Positions 1 to 16,190 of a stretch of 64,000 nucleotides of DNA are shown one piece after another (position 1 is the stretch's first letter; each line of letters starts with the position of its first letter). The DNA comes from Octopus vulgaris (Eukaryota). Under the pieces are notes generated by a model. The model worked only from the letters and a program-made list of their open reading frames with translations. It was not told the origin of the DNA and made no database searches. The stretch is taken from NCBI GenBank assembly GCA_951406725.2, contig OX597820.1, positions 5,394,001 to 5,458,000 on the forward strand, in the 5' to 3' direction. A program made the position numbers and the translations under genes.

Positions 1-69
1 TTTTTCTTTTTCTATTTATTAAAACGTTGAAGGACATTGCAGAACATACGTTATTCAACAGGCGAGACA

Positions 70-71
<2 letters not shown>

Positions 72-100
<29 letters not shown>

Positions 101-407
101 TGTATGTATGTATGTATGTATGTATGTATGTATGTATGTATGTATGTATGTATGTATGTATGTATGTATGTATGTATGTATGTATGTATGTGTGTATGTA
201 TGTATGTATGTATGTATGTATGTATGTATGTATGTATGTATGTATGTATGTGTGTATGTATGCATGTATGTATGTATGTATGTAAATGTATGTATGTGTG
301 TATGTATGTGTTTGTATGTATATGTATGTGTGTATGTTGTATGAATATATGTATGTATGTATGTATGTGTGTATGTATGCATGTATGTATGTATGTGTAT
401 GTGCGTG

Positions 408-441
<34 letters not shown>

Positions 442-765
442 TGTATGTATGTATGTATGTATGTATGTATGTATATATGTATGTATGTATGTATGTATGC
501 ATGCATGTATGCATGTATGTATGTATGTATGTATGTATGTATGTATGTATGTATGTATATATGTATGTATGTATGTATATACACATATATATAGGTATAT
601 GTGTGTGTGTATGTTTATGTATACATACATATATATGAGCATATACATACGTATGTATATATATATGTATATATGTATATATATGTATATATATATACAT
701 ATACTTACATACATACACACACATAATATGTATATATGTATATATACACATAATATGTATATATG

Positions 766-796
<31 letters not shown>

Positions 797-990
797 ATGT
801 ATATACATGGCCATGTATATATGGACCTATATACAAATATACATATTGCACATACAGATATTATGTACGTCTGCATACATATATGAACAAACACATGCAT
901 ATGTATACATAACAAATATATGCACCTATATGTGTGTGTCAACGGATATATACGTACACATACACACATACACACGTACACACGTACACA
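72..990. repeat. (TATG)n / (TA)n compound microsatellite
   Basis: Direct tandem TATG then TA/TACA; explains all MYVC/HTYI ORFs. Confidence 0.97.
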
Positions 991-1596
991 CATGTTCGTC
1001 TCTACTGTAATATTCTGAAATATTTGGTAATTGCCAGTTTATTCAGTTCTGATAGAGAGAATATCTTCTTAATTAGCTCACGTCCGATTCCTAATCGCTA
1101 TTCGCTCGATGGAATTTATATATTAATTTCAAAAAAACTTTCTCTATACAATTAAAGATGAAAATATATCATTGCGATAGCTCTTCGCTCTGTCTGAAGA
1201 AATAGAAGAAAAAGAAATTCTTTGAATTAGTCTTCCATTTGAGATATAATGAAGAATGACTCGGATTTTCGGTACAAAACCACTGCAAACTACGAAAAAT
1301 GTTAACGAGATAGATTGAAGTTTATTTGTAGTTTTGGTCGCTCTTGTTTCATCTGCGTTGTTTAATTTTATGTCTTTGTGAGTCACAAAATTATGCAGGA
1401 AAGACGAGATCTAACAGAGTTTGCGAACGTAAATCCAATGTCACACATCCTGGGGGAGTGGTGGTTCATGAATTATACTATCACAGTACATGACTGGCGC
1501 CCCAGTATTTCACTTAATGATCACCGAAATGGGAAAAACTATTCTATGTTGCTGCCGATATCAATGTACACCGAATGATTAAAATCTGATCTACCC

Positions 1597-1833
1597 AACT
1601 GTTTTCCAACCGGGGTCCATGTAAGATTTTTTTTTACTGAAATTTCTCTGCAATAAATTGGTCATACTTTTTAAATGCACTGAATATCTTAATTCTTTTG
1701 TGCAATTCCTAATGGTAATTCTAAAAATATGTTGGGATCTTTTTGGACATCGAATGGCTACGAAGGTCATTCCTGGTAAAATGGGAACCAAAGGAACGCG
1801 TGGCCAAGAAAAAGAAATGGTTAAGAACAACAG
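1597..1833. mobile_element. Degenerate hAT (Charlie-like) MITE
   Basis: Ends resemble CAGTGGTTCCCAACC / GGTTGAGAACCACTG TIRs; 8-bp flanks ATCTACCC (1589-1596) and ATCTGCCC (1834-1841) match 7/8, as expected of a hAT TSD. Confidence 0.55.
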
Positions 1834-2020
1834 ATCTGCCCTATACGTACTATATATAAACTATGCATCCGTCATCCGATGAAATATCATAAGATATACA
1901 ACCTCATATTTTGGATATTCCACACTATGTCACCAATACCTCGCTAGATTCATATTCTACGCAATTGTAACCCAATAATGTAACTCAACACTCGTAACAC
2001 AAATATATTCAATTCTTAAT

Positions 2021-2576
2021 GGCAGCGAGCTGGCAGAAACGCGAGCATTCCGGGCGAAATGCTTAGAGCTATTTCGTTTGCCGCTACGTTCTGAGTTCAA
2101 ATTACGCCGAGGTCGACTTTGCCTTTCATCCTTTCGGGGATCGATTAAATAAGTACCAGTTACGCACTGGAGTCGATGTAATCGACTTAATCCATTTGTC
2201 CGTCCTTGTTTGTCTCCCCCTCTGTGTTTCGCCTCTTGTGAGTAGTAAAGAAATAGGTATTTCTTTTGCCGCTACATTCTGAGTTCAACTTCCTCCGAGG
2301 TCGACTTTACCTTTCATCCTTTCGATTAAATAAGTACCAGTTTCGCACTGGAGTCGATCTAATCGACTTAATCCGTTTGGCTATCCTTGTTTGTCCTCTC
2401 TGTGTTTATCCCCTTGTGGGTAGTAAAGGAATAGGTATTTCGTTTGCCCTTTACCTTCTGAGTTCAAATTCCGCCGTGGTCGACCTCGCCGGAATTTGAA
2501 CTCAGAACGTAGCGGCAGACGAAATACCGCTAAGCATTTTCGCCCGGCGTGCAAACGTTTCTGCCAGCTCGCCGCC
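2021..2576. mobile_element. tRNA-derived SINE family A, tandem body plus inverted second head (fold-back)
   Basis: Head GGCAGCGAGCTGGCAGAA..GAGTTCAAATT (A/B-box-like), two ~175-185-bp body units, then reverse-complement head 2482-2576. Confidence 0.85.
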
Positions 2577-2788
2577 ATAAATAAGTAAAAATATTGTAAA
2601 TCTTTTAACTCAGCGCAGTAATAATGATGATTATTCATAAGGAATGGATGAACATATTTTTCCAGGCTTCAGACTTTTTGCTTTTTTTAAGTAAGTTGAA
2701 AGTAATTTAATTTATGTTCCGTTAAGATTTTGTCACAACATGGAAGATAAATGAACGAAAAGAACGTGTGTTTATGTAATATATATAA

Positions 2789-2881
<93 letters not shown>

Positions 2882-3013
2882 ATATATATATTACAGTGAT
2901 GTATAGTGTTGATAATTTCCTAACCTACTAGCCAAATGCATATCTGTGTGTATGTGTAGAGGGGGAAGCACCGAGTGCGCAAACACACTGACGCACAGGT
3001 ACGCACACACACA

Positions 3014-3058
<45 letters not shown>

Positions 3059-3349
3059 ACACACTCTTTTACACCCACCTAGACGTAGGTACACTTGTTC
3101 TTACAAAACCGAGAGTGAGAACAAAATGCTTCATCCAAGATAATATATTTTACTCTCTGAGATTGCCACTGTGATAACTCATGTGTTTAGAGTTTCATCC
3201 CAAGGCGTTTACTCGGTTTTAGAAAGTACCCTACACCAATAATATATATGTATGCCTATCTAGCTCTCTCTCTCTCTCTCTGTCTTTCTGCCCCTCTGTC
3301 TGTTTGTCTCTCTGTTTCTGTCTGTCTGTCTGTCTGTCTTTCTCTCTTC

Positions 3350-3484
3350 AGGATTACATCGACCCCAGTACTCGACCCTGAAAAGATAAAAGGCAAATTC
3401 GACTTCAGCGGAATATAAACTCAGAAAGTAAGGACGGACGAAATGCTTCTAAGCATTTTGCAAGGCGTGTCAGCTCGCCGCCTT
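3350..3484 (-). mobile_element. SINE family A, decayed fragment
   Basis: Reverse complement similarity to the 2021 head and core. Confidence 0.7.
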
Positions 3485-3500
3485 GGTGAATAATCAAAGT

Positions 3501-3593
3501 AATAATAATAACAATAACAACAACAATAATAATAATAGTTATAATAACAACAACAACAATAATAATAGTAATAATAACAATAATAATGATAAA

Positions 3594-3660
<67 letters not shown>

Positions 3661-3670
3661 GTTATAATAA
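3501..3670. repeat. (AAT)n/(AAC)n microsatellite, 5' flank of LINE
   Basis: Direct. Confidence 0.95.
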
Positions 3671-5637
<1,967 letters not shown>

Positions 5638-5701
5638 CCATTTTAGTGCGGGTATGAGTCGATTACATCGACCCCAGTGTTTCACTTGCACTACTTAATT
5701 T

Positions 5702-5826
5702 ATCAGAGCATCACAACAAATCACAGCACATACCCAAGGCACACAGAGCTGCGCTCGGTAGTGAAGTGAAAGCACGCTATAAAAATAAAAATAAAACTAC
5801 TGAATAATAATAATAATAATAATAAT
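5702..5826 (+). mobile_element. Isolated 3' UTR plus (AAT)n tail of the Dong-like element
   Basis: Essentially identical to the reverse complement of 34241-34343, which lies immediately 3' of the ORF stop in the long copy. Confidence 0.9.
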
Positions 5827-6055
5827 AGACCATTTTAGACGCTGGTATGAGTCGATTACATCGACCCCAGTGTTTCACTTGTACTTAATTTATCGACTCC
5901 AAAAGGATGAAAGGCAAAGTAGATCTTGGCTACATGGGCCCTAGACATGGAGTTGCAAAAATACACAAAAACAGGCCGGGTTGGCATCGATCAAAGGGGG
6001 ACATTCCAACATTAACCGATATAAAAGAGGATATATATATATATATATACATATG

Positions 6056-6137
<82 letters not shown>

Positions 6138-6157
6138 TAGATAGATAGATAATATAT

Positions 6158-6968
6158 AAATTAGAGGAAAACTATTATTATGTAATTCAAACAATGATAG
6201 ACATAAACCATATCGTATAGACAAAATAAAATATATTATGAAACATATATTTAGATCACAAAAAGTACAAAAATATGAATAAACATCATATAAGTAAAAA
6301 GACTACGTGTGGCCATAACTTCGATTCGAATTACAATTAAATTTAAATTTAATCCCAAAACAATTCAATTTAAAAGTATAGTCACTCCTCAGGTCAACAA
6401 TAATAACAATAGTTGTTAAATGCATATTTTTAATAAATAATCAAATAGAATTAAACAATATTTCTTAAAGAAATAAAAACATGATTCTTCTTAAAGAAGA
6501 AACTCCGTTAAGTAAATTTGAAACTTAAAAAGTAGGTGCAAAGGTCTATAATACATTTATATTATTTGAAGAGAAAGGTGAGGATAGAGAGGTAAGTCTG
6601 CTTTCTGATGTGTTTATCAAAAGGTTGAAGAGAGTGCCAAGACTGGTGAGACAGACTGGATCAACTCTGAGAGTACTCTTCTAAGAAGTAGGAATGGAAC
6701 TAGAAGATGGCACTTCGCATACCTTGGGGATATCAGAGTAATCTGGGACTATGGGTGGAATTTACCTTGAATTACCCAAGGTTGACTACCTCACTCTCAG
6801 GGATTCTATTCATTTATTAATTATGTATCTTTTATATAATGTTTATTCATATTTTTATACTTTATTGTAATCTATATATATGTTTTATGATATATTTTAT
6901 TTTGTCTATATGATATGGTTTGTGTCTATCATTGTTTGAATTGCATAATAGAGGTTTTACTCTAATTT
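6158..6968. repeat. Inverted repeat (arms ~6158-6302 and ~6826-6968) between (TA)n tracts
   Basis: AAATTAGAG..CAAACAATGATAGAC..GAATAAACAT pairs with ATGTTTATTC..GTCTATCATTGTTTG..CTCTAATTT. Confidence 0.85.
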
Positions 6969-7042
6969 ATATATACTATATATTTATATTGGGAAATTTG
7001 ATTTAATACTAAATCGAATTTTTCCCTGTAAGTTTGGAGTTA

Positions 7043-7113
<71 letters not shown>

Positions 7114-7118
<5 letters not shown>

Positions 7119-7368
7119 AGTCGGCCGTATGCTAGAAATAGACCATCAACGATCAAACTGCAAGGAAAAATACAGCGAACACCAGAACCAAATTTGGCGG
7201 GCATGACAGAATTAAATGCATACCTCGGTTTCGGCCTATTTTTTATATAAATTTTCATCTGTCATGCCCGCCAAATTTGGTTCTGGTGTATGCTGTATTT
7301 TTCCTCTAGAGAATTTCCTTGTAGTTTGATCGTTGATGGTCTATTTCTAGCATACGGCCGACTCCCTA
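7114..7368. repeat. Near-perfect fold-back hairpin element (~97-bp arms, 47-nt loop)
   Basis: 7114-7210 is the reverse complement of 7258-7368 apart from one ~14-nt insertion and a few mismatches. Confidence 0.92.
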
Positions 7369-7483
7369 GCAGTAAGCCCTGCCAATATACACATATATTA
7401 GAATTTTCTCTGACTTCTCAGATTTTTTGTATGCTGGACTACTGGTTTTAAATTGATATTAAAATTAATATTAATTTATCTCC

Positions 7484-7552
<69 letters not shown>

Positions 7553-7963
7553 TAGAGAGATCCATGGATTCTTATATATATAACATCATATGTATTCATA
7601 TTATACATGTGTTCATAAACCTATAAGGAAATCCAGCAAATAGCATCAAGATTAGTCTAAATTGAACGGTGCCAGTTTATAAAGCTTATGTGAACGCCAT
7701 AAATCATATTTACTGAGACTTGCAGATAATCTTTGTCATCTTTCATTTGCAATGAAATGGGAAAAACACAAGTCTTCAACATTAAGTTTTCAAATTTATA
7801 TATTCTTTTGAAATCTAAAGGTTATGAAATACTTTCATTAAAAATCTGACACCGACCTTTAGCGTGTAACAAACAACAACCTGTAAACTTGTGGTAGGTT
7901 ATTGCTTGGGCTGTTTTCATATTTCATATCCAGAGTAAAGAAATCTAACATATATATGTGTGT

Positions 7964-8014
<51 letters not shown>

Positions 8015-8214
8015 TGTCATTGACAAGGGTTAATATACACAGTGTTGTCAGTGTTTGGGGTGGAGTATCATTTGTATTGGATTCTAGTTTAAAAATATAC
8101 TGTTCGCTGTCAACAGGAAACTTTGGGTACCAGAGAAGTAACAAAATACTGTTGAAAACATTGTTCACTCACGTTTCTAGCTTTAAGTAATTCCAATTTA
8201 TTACCAACATATAG

Positions 8215-8611
8215 TCTTTTACTCTGTTTTTACTCAGTCATTTGACTGCGGCTATGCTGGATCACCACCTTCAGTCGAGCAAATCGACCCCAGGACTTAT
8301 TCTTTGTAAGCCCAGTACTTATTCAATAGGACTCTTTTGCCGAACCGCTAAGTTACGGGGACATAAACACACCAGAATGTGTTGCCAAGTGATGTTGTGG
8401 AGGACAAACACAAACACGCAAATGTTTACACACACATACATATATGTAAATACATATATACGCAGGGGTTCTTTTCTACCAAATCCACTCACAAGGTTTT
8501 GGTCGGCTCGAAGCTATAATAAAAGGCACTTACCCAGGGTCCACGTAGTGGGACTGAACCCATAATCATGTGGTTGGTAAGCAAGCTACTTACCACACAG
8601 CCACTCCTGCA
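8215..8611 (-). mobile_element. tRNA-derived SINE family B (internal microsatellite)
   Basis: Reverse complement of GCAGGAGTGGCTGTGTGGTAAG..GGTTCAGTCCC head and CAGCATRGCCGCAGTCAAATGACTGA tail. Confidence 0.85.
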
Positions 8612-8912
8612 CTTATATATATATATATATATAGGCACTCCTGCGCCTATCTATCTATCTATTTATCTATCTATCTGTATATATATATATACATACATAC
8701 ATACATACATACATACATACATACATACATAAACACATACATATATACATACATACATATATATATATATACATATACACACGCACATTTAGATATTTAG
8801 AGGTATGAAATTATTACTCGTATTGTTTTTAATTATATATAATCTTATATATTTTTAATCTTATGCTGTTTTTCTACTTTTCGTAATTCGACTGCGACCA
8901 TGCTAGCTCAAT

Positions 8913-9011
8913 ACTTGGACAAGTGTCTTCTACTATAGCCTCGGACCGACTAAAACATTGTGAGTGGATTTGGTAGACGGAAACTGAAAGAAGCCCGTCG
9001 TATATATACAT

Positions 9012-9097
<86 letters not shown>

Positions 9098-9345
9098 GTG
9101 TATGTGTGTTTGCATGTGTGTGCGTGCATGTGTGTTTGTGCGTCTGTCTGTGTTTGTCCCCCCACTATCGCTTGACAATCGATGCTGGTGTGTTTACGTC
9201 CTCGTAACTTAGCGGTTCGGCAAAAAAGAACCGATAGAATAAGTACTAGGCTTACAAAATATAGGTCCTGGAGCGATTTGTTCGACTAAAGGTGGTGATA
9301 CAGCATGGCTGCAGTTAAAATGACTGAAACAAGTAAGAGAATAAA
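8913..9345 (+). mobile_element. SINE family B, 5'-truncated
   Basis: CTTGGACAAGTGTCTTCTACTATAGCC..GGAAACTGAAAGAAGCCCGTCG-(TA/GT)n-..AAATGACTGAAAC. Confidence 0.85.
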
Positions 9346-9431
9346 ATAATATATATATATATATATACACAAGCCCACATTTATGTATATACATACATAT
9401 ACCCACAAATTTATCTGCATATGTACAAGCA

Positions 9432-9500
<69 letters not shown>

Positions 9501-9789
9501 TGTGTGTGTGTGTTTGTGCAGCCTTTCAATTTATCTTCTCCTTCCCCCCCTCGACTTCCCTTTACACAACTCCTTAAATCTTTTCGTCTTCTACATTTTA
9601 TATTTCATGATTTTTCAACCCCAACGTCTACGTCTCTTGATCCCCTCCTCCTCCCTCTCATGTCTTATTTTTTCTTTTCTTTCTCCGTTTCTTCTTCCTG
9701 TTTTTTTATTTTTCTTCCTCATTTTCTCTCTTCCTCCTATTTATCGCCTTTCTCACCGCTTTCCCCTCTGCCTCCGCCTCCTCATCATT

Positions 9790-10025
9790 TCTTCTTCTTC
9801 TTCTTCTTCTTCTTCTTCTTCTTCTTTTCTTCTTCTCTTCTTCTTCTTCTTCTTCTTCTTCTTCTTCTTCTTCTCCTTCTTCTTCTTCTCCTCCTCCTTC
9901 TCCTCCTTCTCCTTCTTCTTCTTCTCCTCCTTCTTCTTCTTCTTCTTCTTCTTCTTCTCCTTCTCCTTCTTCTCCTTCTTCTTCTTCTCCTTCTCCTTCT
10001 CTCCTCCTCTTCTTCTTCCTCCTCC
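9790..10025. repeat. (TTC)n/(TCC)n polypyrimidine tract
   Basis: Direct. Confidence 0.95.
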
Positions 10026-10486
10026 CTCATTCGTTCGTTCGTTCGTTCCTTCTTTCCATTCTTTCTTCCCCCACATCTCTTCCTCATTCCCCACACTCTC
10101 TACGTTCAATATTTTGCAACCTTTCTCTCCTTAAATGGGCTTTCAATTCTTTTGATAATCTAGAAAACACCGCCCAGTCTCGCAGTCGTCCATCTTGTTT
10201 AAATATGTCAGCCATCCCAGTTTGGTACACAACGCTGGCGATTCCCCCTCTTCGAGCCGTCAGGCCCGCACCCCCACCAACCAGCTCTTTATCTATATAC
10301 ACACTGATTGAAGTTGTTATTTCTACAGACATGGACAACACGAATCACGTGACTCTGGTGTTTAGTTTTCTTTTTAGTTGCGCAGCTATTTAGACTATAA
10401 ATACAAGTCAAGCTAATTCACTTTTAAATTATTGTGATGGGCTTGTCAGTGAACCTACCATAACCTTACACTTCCATATATACACA

Positions 10487-10563
<77 letters not shown>

Positions 10564-10638
10564 CATATACATACATATATTCACATATATACACATTTTC
10601 GTATACTCTCTCGCTTTCCATATGTATATATATATACA

Positions 10639-10681
<43 letters not shown>

Positions 10682-10795
10682 TACATGTATACATATACAT
10701 ATATACACATTTTCGTATAATCTCTCACTTATATATATATATATATATATATATACATGCACATATATATATACATATGTAAATATGTATATATG

Positions 10796-10896
<101 letters not shown>

Positions 10897-10967
10897 GTGT
10901 TTATATATATGTATGCATATGTATGTAAATGTATGTATGTGTATGTATGTATGTATGTATGTATGTA

Positions 10968-11001
<34 letters not shown>

Positions 11002-11152
11002 AGTATATTAGTCTATGCAAAGCCATACGCGAATAGAGGAAGAAAAACAAATAGAGTGCGGCGGCGCTAAATGTAAACATTTTCATGTGATAACTCTTGA
11101 ATCAGTCAGTAAACGCCTAATGAACACACTGACATCGTTACGAAGGCAGTCG

Positions 11153-11166
11153 GCGCCCCCTTGTGG
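11153..11166 (-). promoter_or_regulatory. CTCF-like core motif
   Basis: Minus strand CCACAAGGGGGCGC vs consensus CCACYAGRKGGCRS (1 mismatch), in unique sequence. Confidence 0.4.
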
Positions 11167-11460
11167 TCCGTTCATTGACCAGTGCCGTCAGACATGTTTC
11201 ACCAGTCTATCATAACAACAACCTACTGCCAATGGTATTTTGTTGATGCATTATTTCGTTTTTTTGTCTCAGTTCAGAAACAGTAGACTCGCGTTCGAAC
11301 TCAGGCAAGGACGTAAGCATACACAAGCGCGAATATGCCATGTAAGCAGAGCCCGAAGATTGCACGGAGGAAACAGTCACGTTATAAAATGCTGCCTGTA
11401 TCGTTTTCATCGCATGTAACTATTAGGAGGTCATTGATATATGACTGCGTTCAATAGACA

Positions 11461-11495
<35 letters not shown>

Positions 11496-11496
<1 letters not shown>

Positions 11497-11910
11497 GGCG
11501 GCGAGCTGGCAGAAACGTTAGCACACCGGGGGAAATGCGCAGCCGTATTTCGTCTGCCGTTACGTTCTGAGTTCATATTCCGCCGAGGTCGACTTTGCCT
11601 TTCATCCTTTCAGGGTCGATTAAATAAGTACCAGTTACGCACTGGGGCCGATATAATCGACTTAATCCGTTTGCCTGTCCTTGTTTGTCCTCTCTGTGTT
11701 TAGTCCCTTGTGGGTAGTAAAGAAATAGGTATTGCGTCTGTCTTTACGTTCTGAGTTCAAATCCTGCCGAGGTCGACTTTGCCTTTCATCCTTTCGGGGT
11801 CGATTAAATAAGTACCAGTTACGCACTGGTGTCGATCTAATCGACTTAATCCCTTTGTCTGTCCTTGTTTGTCCCCTCTATGTTTAGCCCCTGTGGGTAG
11901 TAAAGAAATA
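11496..11910 (+). mobile_element. SINE family A with two tandem body units
   Basis: AGGCGGCGAGCTGGCAGAA head; repeated GGTCGACTTTGCCTTTCATCCTTTC..GGTAGTAAAGAAATA unit. Confidence 0.9.
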
Positions 11911-12039
11911 TATACATGTAATGACTGGTTCAATGACCAAATCTGGGCTTCTCTGCCAGTTCCTCAACAGTTATGATCACATTTTGTTCCACCAAGTTGG
12001 GAGTTGTGGGTATGTATGTACACAGTGTTCCTATTTTAT

Positions 12040-12488
<449 letters not shown>

Positions 12489-13028
12489 GTATACATATAC
12501 AAAATTTATTTGTGTGTGACTGTACATGTGTGTAATATATAGTATAATGTACAAGTCATATAGTATAATGTATAAGTCGTAGTAGCGAACGGGTGGTTAC
12601 TATGTTAAGGGTGGAGTCTCACGCCATACAGGTCCCAGGAGATGAGATTCTTGCCCATAAGGCGAATCAGAAATATCAACAACACTCAAAAAATTCGCAA
12701 ACGAATGAAAAGTCGAGTAATGCAATGAAACATGTAGGGCCATGTTTCTGGCTATAAATTGTGGTAAACTTTCCAGAAGCTTCTAGAACGAGACAGAATT
12801 GCTCCCTAAAGAGATCAAGGATCGTTTGAGATGTAAAATGGCTGTATAACTTTTCCTTTGATCGACCCGACTAAAAAGTAAAATATTCATGTGTGTGTGT
12901 CCTCTGTGTGTGTGTGCATAAATATACATACACTCACACATAAATACGAACACACAGAGAGAAAGAGAGAGGGGGAAACATACATAGAGGTGGAGAGATA
13001 CATTCGGTTTTATATATATATATATGCA

Positions 13029-13075
<47 letters not shown>

Positions 13076-13529
13076 TGTGTATATTTACGGGTATATATTT
13101 GCGGTAGACATATCATAGTGTGCAAGAATTATCTATCTATCTGTCTGTCTGTATATGTATGTGTGTGTGTGTGTGTGTGCACCCATGTATATATGTTTGT
13201 GTGTGTGTGTGCACCCATGCATATATGTTTGTGTGTGTGTGTGTTTGTGTCTGTGAGTGTATTTATTTGTGTGCGTATACGTATGTATCGTTATACTCTT
13301 GTTTTCTTGGAGAGAAGCCAGTGCGCAACACGTCCAAGTGATTCAGTCGATGGTATTCGCTCTAAGACGTTTCAGTGAGCTGTTAATGTTATCGGAATAT
13401 TTTTGTCAAACTCTATATTTTTTCAATTCTATTCTGTTTCTTTACTGGTGTCAGCTGAAGAGCTACGGCCATACTGGGGTTCTGCTTTTAGCTTTGCTAT
13501 ACTTTCATTAATTGGAACCTCTCATATTT

Positions 13530-15350
13530 AGCATTTGGTGAATGATGGAGTTTGATGTGCTGCCCTCATCTGTGTTTTCTGCAGTGAGAGAGAATCAATC
13601 GGAATCGTTGATAAGAGGACATCCAGTTTTGTTTTGAAGACACCCACATTCACATCATGCAGGGGCCTGAGGGTTTTTGGAAGGATATTGAAGAGCCATG
13701 GGACCTTGAAACCCAAGCTGTTATTGTGTCTGGTCCTGTATTCTGATGGCAATGTCGGGAATTTTGGCATTATGCAACCCCTTCCGTTATATATGTAACT
13801 TTTAATGCCAAAGTTTGATATAAGTTCTTCAAGGATTTTCCTGACGTATATCACTGCAAATCTTTTTCGACTTCTTTCTAAGGAGTAAAACCTTAACTGT
13901 TTCAGTTTCCCCGTAGCTGACATGTCGCATTGAGACGATCTTCTCTGTGTAGCTTCGCTAGATTGCTTCGAGTTCCATGGTTAAATTTACACCACCTGGC
14001 AACCATAGTTGGGAGAAGTATACTAAACGACTGAGGACAAGTGTCTTCCAGAGGACCAACATGTTTTCCTGTTCTCTTGTTATGAAAGTTCGAAGGATCC
14101 ACCCGGCCACCCGTCTACATTTGATTGCCAACTTAGTAATAGGCATCTGGAAAGATGCATCATTACGCATGTCAATACTCAGGTCACGCACTGATTCAGG
14201 GTTTGCAGACCCTCCTGAGCCAGTGTATCTTGTCTGCATTTCATCCAGCTTTGTGTGCTCGTAGGGAAGAGATTGGAATTTTCCAGCATTAAGATGCATG
14301 TTATTGCCCTCAGGCCACCGCTCTATTGCGTACAACTCTTGTTACGCAACATCTCAAGGGTTCTGTATCCTCTGAGACACTTTCGTATCATCTAGCAAGG
14401 GTGGCAATCTGAGTAGTTTAGGGCATGTTTGAGAAGGCCACTATGAATAACATTGGCTCCAAGAGGCACGCCCTGTTGGTCACAACCCATATTTTGCGTT
14501 TTCATGGAGGTGACCCCGTTGACTACTACTGAGTATTGTCTTTTAGAAAGTCATGAAGTCATTCTCCATGTTTTCCGACTATGCCGAGATTATGCAGCTT
14601 GTGAGATATCCTACCATGGTCGACTTTATCAAACGCTTTTGCAAAGTCGAGATATCTCGCGTCCATTCTGAGTTGTTGGGCAGCTGCTTTAACACCCAGT
14701 CATCTATCTGCTCGAAAAACCGTGCTGGGTGTCAGTCAGCAAGTCATTATCTTCAAGGAACGCAAATAGTTTCCTTCCGACCTACTCGCTCTATGAATTT
14801 ACAGATATGTAAGGTCAGGGAGATAGGCATATAGGTTTTAGCAGCTACAATACTTCCTCCTTTATGGATAGGGCTTATTATTCCCTCCTTCAATTTGCCT
14901 GAGCTTTTAACGATCGCAAGGAAGCTATGGAAAAGAAGCTGCAGTGGTTTTGCAAAGGATTGTTTGCATAATTTGAGGAGGATTGCTGGGCATCAATGAG
15001 GACCAGCAGCTGAGTTTGTGTCTACCTCATCTGTGACCTCATCTGTGGCCAGAATTACATCTTCCAATTGTTACTACCCCACATTTTACATCTGTTGTGG
15101 TGAAGAATTCTACAGGGATGTTGATTGCATGTACAGTAAGGGTGGGTTGAAAGCACTGAGGAATGGCCCAGTACGGTAACGCACCGAGGCCATTTATTTG
15201 AGATACTTAAAAAAAAAACGTTTTACGGTTTCATTTGATACTTTTCGATAACCCAGACTATTTTGTCTTCTCTTTTCTGTTTCACGGGAGATTTTCATAT
15301 ATTTCTAAATTTCGATCAGTGTTGCTTCAAGGCGTGAATTTGCACTGCTA
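13530..15350 (-). mobile_element. CR1/L2-group LINE reverse transcriptase remnant
   Basis: Fragments DFAKAFDKVDH (14.6 kb), GVP-G, VRDLSI..GWILRTF..LSRLVYFSQLW, LFNILPKTLR..FKTKLD; heavily frameshifted. Confidence 0.85.
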
Positions 15351-15403
15351 TTGAGTTCTCTGCTTATATATGTCTATATGTTCCTCTCGAGATCTTTCCT
15401 TCT

Positions 15404-15461
<58 letters not shown>

Positions 15462-15473
15462 CACATACATATT

Positions 15474-15579
<106 letters not shown>

Positions 15580-15597
15580 ATATATGTGTGTGTGTGT

Positions 15598-16190
15598 GTC
15601 ATTGTTCAGTTTTATTTCAAGATTTTTTGCCAATAGAAAAAGAGTCGGTTTCTAACCTAGATCCAAGGCTCCTTCATTGGAATTACAGTATCAACAACAG
15701 AGTATGTTTGTGTGTGTGCATGTGTGTATGTATGTATGTATGTATGTATGTATGTATGTATGTATGTATGTATGTATGTATGTATGTATGTATGTATGTG
15801 TGTATGTATGTATGTATGTATGTATGTGTGTACGCACGTATGTATGCATGTATGTATGAAGATTTGTATGTTTTGCTATATGTATATATTCCCATGCATA
15901 TAGTTACACTTTTAGACATGTTCATACATATTTAAATGATAAATTTAAGCAAAGTTTTGCAGATCTTTACAGTTCCAGTGATGGATTGGATCTGTAGTCT
16001 TCGGATTAGCTTTCTCCTTTCTGGTTTTGAGAAGCCTAATTTCTCAAGATTGGTATTTAGGCAATGTGTTATATATCTCAAGGTCCCATTAATTTCAGGT
16101 ATAAGCCTGAATTTGTAATCTGGATAGAATAACTGTAGATTTCTCAATAGTTCAGCACAGGTATTTTATTTTTCCCCAAATTATTATATC
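15598..16190 (-). mobile_element. 3' end of a second RLE-type LINE family (ORF C-terminus plus 3' UTR containing (CATA)n)
   Basis: RNLQLFYPDYKFRLIP..G...KICKT resembles the RLE C-terminus of the Dong-like ORF; 3' segment 15598-15705 recurs at 61070-61178. Confidence 0.7.

Noticed and set aside
27-1010. Long ORFs of MYVC/HTYI/YI/VC type here and throughout
   Set aside because: Pure microsatellite translations; open in several frames on both strands
12650-12742. Hammerhead 3' half GAAACATGTA (similar weak cases at 13362-13395 and 37436-37462)
   Set aside because: No recognisable CUGANGA core at a compatible position
15630-15682. Hammerhead in LINE 3' UTR (CCAATGAAG..GAAACCG)
   Set aside because: Core lacks the conserved GA, and the segment is better explained as a CCAAT/ATTGG-closed stem-loop
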